Assembly: GCF_026571515.1 (NCBI RefSeq)
Contig: NW_026858506.1
Span: 62,001-126,000 of the forward strand
Length of the DNA: 64,000 nucleotides
Origin: Ruditapes philippinarum
Lineage: Eukaryota
Reading direction: 5' to 3'
The translations under genes and the position numbers were made by a program. Below the pieces are notes generated by a model that did no database searches, was not told the origin of the DNA, and saw only the letters and a list, made by a program, of their open reading frames with translations. This document shows, one piece after another, positions 53,501 to 64,000 of this stretch; the stretch's first letter is position 1; every line of letters begins with the position of its first letter.

Positions 53501-56500
53501 ACTTGTCCAGCTTTCAATTTTAGGGATATCAAGATGAAAGATTCAAAACATGCTGGTCAACAGTATAGAGCCTTGCCGGTCTTCTCACATGATTGTGCAG
53601 ACTGGCCTTAGAATGGTTCATTCTGTATACTGAAAGACATCAATGTCTTGTCTGAAACATAACTTACCAATGCTTTTTGTCTGTGCATTTAGCCCTAAGA
53701 GGACAATAGTAGCACTGGACAATAAGTTCAAACCTACAGTTTCTTAAGTCAGTGTTGGACCTGGTTCAAACCCCACTTTTCTTCAGTTATGTATAAGAAA
53801 TTCCTCTACATTTAAAATCTCCCATCATGCACAAGCATGCTTTATTATGGTATTTATAAAATCATTGTGCTCACTTTAATTTTTACACTGATTTGCATAT
53901 GAAAATAATAGCATTGTATAATATTACTGCTTAATATGTATCATGTGCAGAAGAAACAAGCATCTGAATGCATATTTGCTCAACAAAAAAACACCAAACC
54001 CAGTCGAGCTGTCAGTAAAATTTACAAAATAATGTCAAAATAATGACAATCTGACACTATTTTATCACTTGCCCAGTTCAAACTTGTGTAAAGTTTATTA
54101 TTTTTAATAAACGGTCTTAAAAAATGCCAAAACAAACTCACCTATGAAGTATTTGTTCCACTTACCAGTCAATAAGCTAAATTTATAAACTTTACTTTGT
54201 AATTCCTACGTTTATTTTTCACTTTTTTATCACAGATGTTGAATGTCGTAATAATTATCCACCATGTTCAAAAATTCAAATACGAGGAATAAAATTATCA
54301 TAATCACCTTTATAAAAATGTCGTTCTCGGTCTATCCAAAGTCAATACTACGGTAAATGTTTATTTCATATATTTAATTCATTTACGAACCCGAGAGTGT
54401 TCGGGAAATTGTTAATTTAAAGATGTTATCTGCTAATTTGTCCCAACACATGCTTTTAAGTTTATATGCTCCCAAAAACCTATAAAACGTATAAAACTGT
54501 GACTGGGCTTTGGCCTATACATTATTGTAAACAGAGATTAATACCAGTTCACAGTGTGCATATAGGTGGAATAAAACCCTCTTTAACACCCAAATTAGAA
54601 GGTGAAACGATGGACAAATCTTTTGTCACCATATACGTATGGTTTAATCTATATAGACCGTGTAAGATTATTTCATTTGGTGTTGTACCAAACGGGACAG
54701 TACACTTTAAACAATCAGTCTTTTCTTTAATATCATAACTATTTGCATAGTGTACACAAGCTCGTAATGCTAATTTTATTCTGGCATACCGTCTCACATG
54801 ACTGATCGTTTGTAAGATGAGAAATTAAAACTATAAATCTTTTTAAAAACGCCTGGTAAGGCCACGGTTTAAACTGTACATCAGCGCACAACGATAACGC
54901 AGTGGAGTAAATTCATCTGAAAAATATGTGTCCATTAATGACAAACTAGGAGTGCGATTGTAAATTTTAACTTTCTAATTTACTAATTCATTGTTAAACC
55001 ATCCTAATTTTATAGGCGGAAAATTTGGCAAATGACTTTTAAAGTAATGAATAATTAAGTGTAAAGTTTCCATTTACGAACATTACAATCTAATGAGTCG
55101 TGTATCTTATCAAATTAAAGAAATCATCTATTGCCATGGTTACCAATTGAAACTTAAATTCTCATGTTTTGAGACTAAACTGGTAATGCACAAGTAAAAA
55201 TAACAAATGTTCTCAGAAAAAGTTGAAAAAAAATAAAATTATTTAACACGTCAAAAACACTTTCTATATACTAAAACATTTTGCCATCAAGCGTCAAACC
55301 ATTTTCGGTAAATAATTAAAAACCTGTGTGGAAAATACCATATGAGGGATTTGAACCTAGGATATTTACACTTAATACTGATTAAAAGCAGCAATGCTGG
55401 GCGGTATAATTTCACACGACTATATTTAGGTTGTACATGACCATATAGGATCCTTCTTACTTAAACCATATTGAAATTGCTATTGTGTCCATTGATAATA
55501 CATTTTTCACTAAATGAAGGATAATCTTTTAAGACACACTGGATTAAAAGGTAAAGAAAGATAATAAAATGTAACCTAAATATCCATGATTACTGGCCTT
55601 GACACTTTCTGAAGCATAAAAACGTAACCAGTCTTTAACAGGTGTCTGATCCCAGTCTGGTTTTACCCATAATCCCCGGGCTTCTGTAACTTCCTATGAT
55701 AATACAAGTTTTCACCTTAATTGACTTTTCAAGAGATTCCTTTAAAGTTTAATTATGGCTATGGGATTTAATTTAATTCCAAATAGGACCACACATTTTT
55801 GTCACTCATAGCCTGTGTTAAGATCAAACAATTTGGTCACTTTAAGGTCTTAAGGGCAAAATAACGATCAATCTGGACCAGATACTTGTCAATAACTATA
55901 CTGATTTCAACTGAGAACCTTAGTACTAATCTGTGGTTACCTAGTTGTGTTTGATGACCAAGGGAAGCTTTTGACGCATATTTGTCAACTACATATGAAT
56001 ATACAAATGTATCATACCTGTCGATATATTTCACTTTCAGCCTATAGTTTAAAGGTGCTTCTCTTATTTCTTTTTTCCTCTGAACATAATAAGTGTTCTG
56101 TCATATAAATGACATTTGACCAAAAGTCAGAATATATTCCTTAAAGATAAGCTAGTAATATTAATCAGATCAGAGAAAACGCAAATTAAGTATGAATGGA
56201 GTAAAGATTTCCTAATAAAAGAATAACTTTATGTATATCTTACTCAATATTTGACACATAACTTTACTCTATTTCAGTTCTTTTACTCTATTTCAGTATA
56301 TTATCAATGTTAAAAAAAACAAAACTTTGTTATGTTGATTTTGTCATTCTTAAACGCTAAAAAAACCCAACAAATGTGAGCTTTAAAACTGGTCACAAAC
56401 ACAGTGAGATAATATTACATCTTTTCTAATTTTAATAGCATTTGCAGATAACACAGTCTTGCGCTCAACACTCTCCGGCATTAAAATTCATTTGCAAGTC

Positions 56501-57340
56501 CATTAATATGCGTACACCATTAAAACATCAATGGCAGAATGATGCTGCATAAATATGCCCCAATATTTATGCAGTTACGTTAACAGATCATTATGATTTA
56601 CTACTAGGCGGTGGATGTTTTCCGCCCAGGTAAATAACACAACTTTATATTTTCTATCACTGCTGTGCATGTAATAATATTAATTAAAAAGTCGTTAAAC
56701 GTGACACTCAAAATATAGTTTGCATCTCTTCACACAGTTTTTGTAACCCATTCTATCCTTTGCAAACTTAATGAATGAAATTGTATGCTGTTTAGGCCTA
56801 TTTTCATTTTTTGATGATCACATTAAGTAAATGTTTGAGCAAACTTACATTAAAAGCAGTACTCAAATGCAAGTTTACTGACAAAACTTTAAAACGCAAG
56901 CATTGGTTTGGTCTGAATTATAATTTTTTTTGGATGTCTTTTATTAGTAGATTACATTGACCATATCTGTAATTTAATCACCTTTACCTGCTGAATTTCT
57001 TAAATGGACTTGTCCAGCATCTTGTTTCGGAAATTAAATTTTAGACATATCAAACGACAATTTGAAGTTGGTCAGCCAACAGTATAGAGCCTGGTCAGAC
57101 TGCACAGATGCAAAGGCTTATCAGCAGGTTATGGGTGAAAGCAAAACATTTAAACTGCAACAATCTTAAACTTGACTATACATTTTATTTTATGACATCC
57201 AACTAATACATATTGTAATACGGTCAAACCATATCTGCGCCCTAAATCTTCCAATTTAGACAAAGGACATTGTCACTTCATCTACAAGTTGTTTGATTGA
57301 CACAAGAATTTATAATCAGTCATCAAGCTTATCAACTCAC

Positions 57341-57454
57341 CTGAAGGTCAAGGTCACGAAGCTGAAGGTCATCGTGAGGAAATTTGTCCTGGACACGTTC
57401 CATACGTTTCTGATTGTCCATGTTGCCCAATTCATCCTCCCTCTCCTTGACCAT
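57341..57454 (-). CDS. ARHGAP20: Probable N-terminal coding exon, 114 nt: MVKEREDELGNMDNQKRMERVQDKFPHDDLQLRDLDLQ
   Basis: Acceptor ttttatttctatatttAG|ATG and strong donor CAG|GTGAGT. The frame is open and ends in phase 0, matching the next exon. I recognise no homology, so support is splice signals and phase only. Confidence 0.65.
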
Positions 57455-57523
57455 CTAAATATAGAAATAAAATTCTTATTAAGGTCAAAGGTTAATGAAG
57501 CTTCAAGGTCAATATTGACTTAA

Positions 57524-58164
57524 CCCTTTACCTCATATATACGCGAAACAACGCACTTTCGACCCCCCCCCTTTTCTAGGCCTGAAATAGTGAAAAAATG
57601 TCCTATTTGAGCCCCAAACACATGTTTTCGTTTGAAAAAGGTTGCTAAAAAAAGTGAGCACTTTATTGGCACCGCCCCCCATCAGAAAGATACATCAGGG
57701 GGTTGCCAGAAGGGGGATGTGCCCCCTTCTGTTTGGGGGGTTTGATGGGGGGGCGGAGTCCCCCTCACCGCCAAGAAAATTTTGGACTTGTGAGAGGCTA
57801 AAAATGACCCCAGGTCGATCATAAGGTAACGTGTAACAAACGCTGAAAAGCCTTTGACTCTATCTCAATCCCTTGAGAAGTTGCAGCACTTTGAAATAAA
57901 TTTTGATGGAAAAAATCGAGGCAAAATAGTGATTTTTGGCAATTTTGAGATGTCCCCTCGTTGCCATGGTAACAGGAAATTTAAGACTGAGCATGTCGTT
58001 ACAAAGGCAATGGTCAAGTCAACATTTGTGCCAAGTTTGATAATGGTCAAGTCAACATTTGTGCCAAGTTTGATTAGTATTGGTTTCATAGCAGTTTGAA
58101 CTTGTAACAGGAGGCTTTTCAGTGAAAACGGCCATTTTTCACAATATGCTCATGGGGGAAAGGG
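57524..58164 (-). mobile_element. piggyBac-like MITE, copy 2 (inverted relative to copy 1)
   Basis: TTAA TSD (57520-57523, 58165-58168) and TIRs CCCTTTACCTCAT / ATGGGGGAAAGGG. Internal 33-bp tandem duplication at 58009-58074. The shared pseudo-peptide ILxKLGTNVD.TIA.VT.CS..NFLLPWQ appears in the ORF track for both copies. Confidence 0.82.
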
Positions 58165-58460
58165 TTAACCATACTGGGTAACTTATGCTTTGAAATTCAC
58201 TGACTGCTCAGCAAAATTAACATCCTAAAATAACCACATTGTCAAAACAATAGAAGAAAAAGACTTGACATCAAATGCTAGTGACACAACGGGAAATTTT
58301 CAGAAAAAAATCATGACCTATATAAAACCAAAGTTAATAATAACTACTTGATTGTACAAAATGTACAGGAAAAGCAAATCTAACAAGATGATGGAAATCA
58401 TATCTCATATAGAATCTTACCATCTCAAGTAAGTTAATTAAAAATTACATACACAATATA

Positions 58461-59288
58461 CAGTCAAACTTGTATTAAGCGACCGCGCAAGGGAAACACC
58501 CAAAACGGTCGCTTAATGAAACGGTCTCTTAAGACAGTCAGCATGATATAAAGTCAAAATTTATAAATGACATCTTTCTTATGAAGTGGGAATGTTTTTC
58601 AACTTTATTTTTATATAAATGTTGAATAATTAGTACTTTCCGATGCAAATGTAAAAAAAAACCTTTCTGATATTTATTGACAAATTACGTACATGTTTGA
58701 CATTTTTTCCAGAATATTTTAACTTCTCCGTTGTTTTTCCTTGTCTCCAACACGAAAACCGTATTAGTGAAGATGTTTTCTGTTGTGCATTTTTTCATTT
58801 GAAATAAACAAACTACGTCTAACTGTTACGATTAATTTAATTGCTGATCAAGTTCAAGGTCAATTCAATGCAGTCTAAAGTCAACAAGCGAAGCGTATAC
58901 ACCATCTCAGTAGGGGCGGAGCGTTGCATTGTTTATCCGATATTATTGGATAATACACGTCACGGGTATACTTAACTTCATTTGCAAACGCTAAAACGGT
59001 TTGGGAAATAGAGTTTTTCACACGTTTATTTGTTGTGTTTTGATTGTTGACACTTGTGACATTACGAGGTGGCGTTCTCTAAAAACACAATTACTTGACA
59101 GGTAAAAGTGGTCGTTTAATGAAAAGATTGATTTCAATTAGGTGACTAATTAGCGGTCGCTGGTCGCGTTGAGCAAAAGTCGCTTAATACATTAAAGATA
59201 TAGAGAGAAAATGATCGGGGGGGATGTAAAGTGGTCGTTTAAGACAAAAGTCGCTTAATACACGTGGTCGCATGGGCAAGTTAGACTG
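58461..59288. mobile_element. Tc1/mariner (pogo/Tigger-like) MITE, 828 bp
   Basis: TA|CAGTCAAACTTG ... CAAGTTAGACTG|TA, with several subterminal GGTCGCTTAA/TTAAGCGACC repeats at both ends. Confidence 0.82.
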
Positions 59289-60017
59289 TATTGCACAACT
59301 GTCAAAAATATCACAACAATCCAGTATGTGATACAGTAAATCAAATATTCCAAATTACCAAAAATGTTAAATACAAATCCTGTTGACTGACAGATTGACA
59401 ATACGCTAAATGCACGGAAATACATGAGTAAATGAAGAAAATCAAATTTCAATTTATTTTACCCTTTACATTACAGAACAAGATGACAACTTCAGATAGA
59501 TTTCACAAAAAGATGAGTGACATTTTGATAATTATAATGGGCTTTTTTTTTGTTGAGTGTTGCCTCTTTTTCTTACTTTAAAATGAAGCAGGCATGTTAC
59601 GCTTTGAAAGAATTTTTCAATTTTAACAGATAATGAAATTATTCAATTTTGAAAGCATTATATGAAACAATTTTCTTTGCTATAGGTATGTGGTTGATTT
59701 GGTGTGGAATTTGAAGATTCTAAATTCTAATTGAATAAAATTAAATAGTTTTATATACTTGGCTAATAATCATTAAAAACTATTATGAAATTCAACTTTG
59801 ATTTTTTTTATAATATTCAAGATAATGACGAATTGTAATTGTATTTCCATGTAATTTTCTTTTTAGTACAAGAATGTGGCCTTTAAGCAAATAATCATTT
59901 TACATTGCAGTTTTAAAAAAGGCACAAACATTTTTAGAAATATTTATTTGAGCAGGTTCTATTGCAATGGGCTGCCTAGCCAGGATGTGAATTTGATAAT
60001 TAACAAGGTTTTTTTTA

Positions 60018-60223
60018 TTGTTGTTGGATTTCATGTCACACCAACACTGTATAGGTCATATGGCAACTTTCCTGATTTACTTGTGGAGGAAGACCAGGTA
60101 CCTGAGTAGAACCATCAACATTCCGTAAGCTAGCCAAAGTTTATAGTGAGACTTGAACCAACAGCGGAGAGGAGCAAGTGGTTTGAAGTCGACGACCTTA
60201 AACCACTCAGCCATGGCCACCCC
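60018..60223 (-). mobile_element. tRNA-derived SINE of another family
   Basis: Minus-strand head GGGGTGGCCATGGCTGAGTGGTTTAAGG...GGTTCAAGTC and a (caa)n tail. Shares cctgagtagaacca..agctagc and ggaagacc with the partial copy at about 47130-47290. Confidence 0.6.
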
Positions 60224-61638
60224 TACTAAAAAGTTGGTGGCAACAGATTCTACATGTATTCATGTGACTGATACAGACCAGGATCTGATGTCATACATGC
60301 CGTCTGATCATGGTCTGTTACCTAACTGTTCCTTTAATTAGCAAACTTAATGTTCTGATAATTTTCAAGACAAATGGATTTGTTCAGATTGTAAAATACA
60401 CAAATCCATGTTAGATATTTAATGTGGTATCATGTTAACAGAAAACATAGATGAAAATTATATTCCATTTTAAAGATTTTATAGCATTAGGTTCCATCTA
60501 TTCATCAAAATAAATTGTATCGATCATGAAAAAACTTACTTACAAGCTTTTGTAATAAATAAAATTGCATTATCGTTGTCTTGTCCATTCTTGCTTTTTT
60601 ATTTTTTTTAATCAAATATTCCTATTATTTGAATAAAATTCCAAAATAAATCCAAATGAACAAAAGAACAAAGCACAAAACAGAAGCTACGAGTCTAAAA
60701 CAAATTTCTAACTCATTTTGTATGCATTGGCAACATCAAGCTTCCCATTGGCAATCAAACATTCACTGACTCAAACCATTGCTAAAATACAACTGAGTCC
60801 TTGGACACAAAGGAAACCGTTAAAATTACTAACTATTATGAGAATCTAGTGCCTAATCTTTTATAATTCCCTAAGTTTTGGTTAGTCAGTAGTCAATTTC
60901 TCATTTTAGACTTAGAAAAAGTATTTAATATATACATCAGATCAGTGGTTCGGTGAATGGCTGTCGTATTAGAGCCCTCATTTCTAAAGTCAATTGGACA
61001 ATTAGCTTTGATATAAGCTACTTAAGGGTTTTAAACTAAACATATATATTGAATAGTATTATAATTTTGGAGTAACTTATATAATATAAACCCTCTTACT
61101 GCAGAGAATTTTTTTTAAAACCTGTTTGGTTACTGCATGAATATTAACCCATGTGACCAGCGCAGACTGGAAACAGCCTGCACATCGGTTTGCCATCTGA
61201 ATCATGCTCTGAAATGTTCGCTATTCTGTCCCTTATTTTGAAATTTCCCCTAAACTTGGTCAATGAAATTGTCCAGATTTAAAGATGGACAAGTCCATTT
61301 AAGATATTTAGTGTGGGTCAAGATAAGTGAACTATGAAAAAAGAGAAAATGAATGATGAAAATCAAAGGCACATTTAGCCTCAGAAATGAATAAATTTCT
61401 TCTTCTTTAGAAAGGGGCAAACATGTTTTATAATAATTCAGTAATGGATTTACAACATGTTAGATGATTATCATTAAAAGAAAGTAATGCTGATTGTTAA
61501 GTTATTTGTCATAAAAATTGCAAAATGTAAATTTTACTTCCACATAAAATACTACATCACTTTTACTGTACTAAATCGCCAACATGTAACAGACGCAGAA
61601 GAAGCCCAGCAGGAATTTAAAACATAAACCAAACCAAT

Positions 61639-61915
61639 AACAAGAGCTCTGTATGAGCTGTTATAAGGCTTGTCTGTTAAAATAACCACTTTTGACAATG
61701 AGTTTAAAAGGGGCATAACTCCAAAAACATAGCTTTCAGAATTATGCCCCTTGTCTTACAACTGTCTCTTGTCATGATAAGCAAAGTACATCAAGTTTCA
61801 TATATAATGATATATCTTTTAAAATTGTCTGAGTAATGGCCTACATTAAATTTTTTGCATGACGACAATGATGACGATGCTGCAGCTATCAAAATAGCTC
61901 AACTTTTCCGCTAAA
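61639..61915 (-). repeat. Short decayed HINE-like element
   Basis: Starts aacaagagc, contains aggggcataactcc...ttatgcccctt and a gac/gat microsatellite. A similar relic lies at about 45725-46030. Confidence 0.45.
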
Positions 61916-63710
61916 CTACAATGTATTGTTGTCACAAAAGCTATTTTATATGGAATATTTTCTTTTGAAATTTTAGTTGCAACATTTTGCCAATTGGGAA
62001 AAAATCAACTTGTTAAAGATCAAAAAGAATCTGTTGTAATCTTCACTATCTAATATATCACAGATGAATTTGACAGCATCTTTGTGTATACACATGTTGC
62101 ATATTAACACAGGTATCAGCATGATTGCTTCACAGAAATGTTATGTAATTGACAGTGAAATAATCTGCGATGAGAATAGTTGTAAAACACATATCACTAC
62201 ATATTGAACAAAACATATCATAAAAGGATGTAATTAATAAATTTAATACATTGTATATTGTTCAAAGGGGGGACTTTGTGAAACAAAAAAGGCATCTAAG
62301 TTTCAGTTACGATATTTCATTTTTGGAAGTTCTGATTGGGAGTACATGAAACAATAGCTTAGATTTCTTAGAAAATAATATTGTGATTGAATTGACATGA
62401 TGAAATGAGTCAAAATCACGATGCAAATTTAACCATGCTACAGTGGAAAGGTTCAGGCCGAACATTTACTACTTTAGAGTCATCTACAAAGAACTGAAAA
62501 CACTTACTGTGTACTGTAAAGTCCATTTCAACATTATGTCACATTAACCAAAATAAGTATAGCTAAAAGCAGTTCACAAAACTTCATATTTTTTCTAATA
62601 TGTATGTTTCTTTCTCACTTGAAATTGATCGCAAAGCCAAAATACATCTGTAACATACATGTAGTCCATTTTAAAATCGGAATAGTACATCTCCTTTAGA
62701 ATTCATTATAATATCTTGGCAAAATTTTCGAACATGCAAATGCACAAAAAAAAAACCCCATCCTTTTTCACTTTTTTACACAATTTTAAAACACACGAGT
62801 GCAAAATGTCACTGGCAATTTCTTAAATCATTTTAATTATGAAATGAACAAAACACATCTTGATTACATGATCCACAATTTGCACGACCTAGAACGATCT
62901 CGGGCATCTATCACACTGGTAGCTCTGCGATCTCCCGACCCAGTATCGTTAATTACGTTATTCCACACAGATTGATAGTGTCTCGTACTGTAAATAATGC
63001 ATTAAGGACTAACAATGACTCATTTTTTATTTTTTACTGGAATGCACTTATCCTGATTTTTGTATTCTGTTTTAAAACACGAAAACGAGATAATGAAAAT
63101 CTAATTGCACAAACAAACTCCATTCCCAGGCCCTCCCATGATAACAAATCAATTGTAGTTAAAATGACACAAAAAAATCACTAAATGCACGGAAAATATA
63201 TCGATGAGATGAGACGTAAAGAAAAAAAACAACATCATAACTTGATCAATATATCACCTTTTAAGATGATGAAATTATAGCATTATAGCATGGCCGATCA
63301 ATTGTAACTGCCATTCAATCTGTCGCGATGTCAATTGTTAATTGATTTACTATCATGTCACAGTAACTGTGGTGCAGTAATACAGTAGAAGACCTTGTTC
63401 TATATTTGTTGCACACATGCACTTTATATCATATGGTGACTTATGAGATATTAACTTCACCCCAAAAGCATAAATCTTGAACAAGCTGGCCGAGGGTTTT
63501 TTATATAATGTTTGAAAATAGTTTAAGGTCATTCGTACATCACTTGCAATTCATTGAAAGGCATGTAAAAGTTAATACAATGTACCGAAAGTATTGGGGA
63601 CAGGGGAGGGGGGGGGACGTAACTGGAAGCCAATTAGGGAGGGGGATGTAACTGAGGAGGGAGGGGAGGAGCTTCAACATAGCTTTGAGGAGCAATTCTA
63701 GGACACATAC

Positions 63711-63811
63711 TGTGGACATCAACATCACTAAATTGGTGATCTCTAGATTGAGAGATAGACACATTTCGTTAACCAAATGGCCATGTGACTCCCCTAAATT
63801 TAATTTCTGTT
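63711..63811 (-). other. Candidate upstream exon (5'UTR or coding), 101 nt
   Basis: Acceptor aaaatttcAG, donor CA|GTATGT. Open in the frame ending in phase 0 (QKLNLGESHGHLVNEMCLSLNLEITNLVMLMST), which is compatible with exon 57454. No homology recognised. Confidence 0.3.
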
Positions 63812-64000
63812 CTGAAATTTTCTATGCATCTCATACTGGACTGAATCTGTGAGATATATTTTATATTATAAACTCATTAACTGGATATCACTCAGTATTT
63901 TCTTTAAAACGATAAAAAAATTAACAAAACTTTCTAAAGCTTATATACCTTTTACTAAAAAATTAATGTTCATTAAACTAAAACTTGCCCATCACACATA

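Larger units (their letters stand above)
5154..57454 (-). other. ARHGAP20: Gene span of an ARHGAP20-like Rho GTPase-activating protein (5' part: N-terminus, PH and RA domains); the gene continues past the left edge
   Basis: Eight exons with canonical yAG/GT boundaries join in frame. The peptide contains RRKSAP, DRYLFLFSDLLLVAK, SFVIGWPTTNFVATF and DYQLWV..EAPYPLCGHELPYAIKL. These match, in the same order, my recollection of vertebrate ARHGAP20 (RRRSAP; ERHLFLFNDLFVVAK; SFVLGWPTVNFVATF; DYQLWV..EAPYPLIGHEYPYGIKM). Confidence 0.93.

Noticed and set aside
63597-63670. G-rich tract with G-quadruplex potential
   Set aside because: It is a short purine-rich low-complexity tract on the template strand with no other support for function.

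Overview
This is AT-rich (roughly 30% GC by eye) eukaryotic DNA. The repeat families point to a bivalve mollusc, possibly an oyster, but that is inference. Almost all six-frame ORFs are spurious. The whole window lies inside one minus-strand gene, an ARHGAP20-like Rho GTPase-activating protein. Eight phase-compatible GT-AG exons can be joined by hand: 57454-57341, 42699-42611, 35527-35354, 22185-21994, 21326-21251, 19784-19707, 15456-15387 and 5327-5154. They total 967 nt (about 322 codons) and encode the RRKSAP N-terminal motif, the PH domain and the RA domain. The RhoGAP exons presumably lie left of position 1. The introns are packed with non-autonomous transposons: two 1.9-kb Helentron/DINE-1-type (HINE) elements with ~144-bp tandem arrays, a 10.5-kb PIF/Harbinger-like element (CAG TSD) holding several nested insertions, two inverted piggyBac-like TTAA MITEs, a pogo/Tigger-like MITE, hAT-like MITEs, long hairpin repeats and tRNA-derived SINEs. 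The most interesting observation is that the HINE arrays carry 18 perfect estrogen-response-element palindromes (AGGTCA-ATG-TGACCT) at ~144-bp spacing, overlapped by ERR/SF-1 and direct-repeat half-sites. There are no prokaryotic features (no CRISPR, no operons). I cannot claim a proven new system, only testable candidates.
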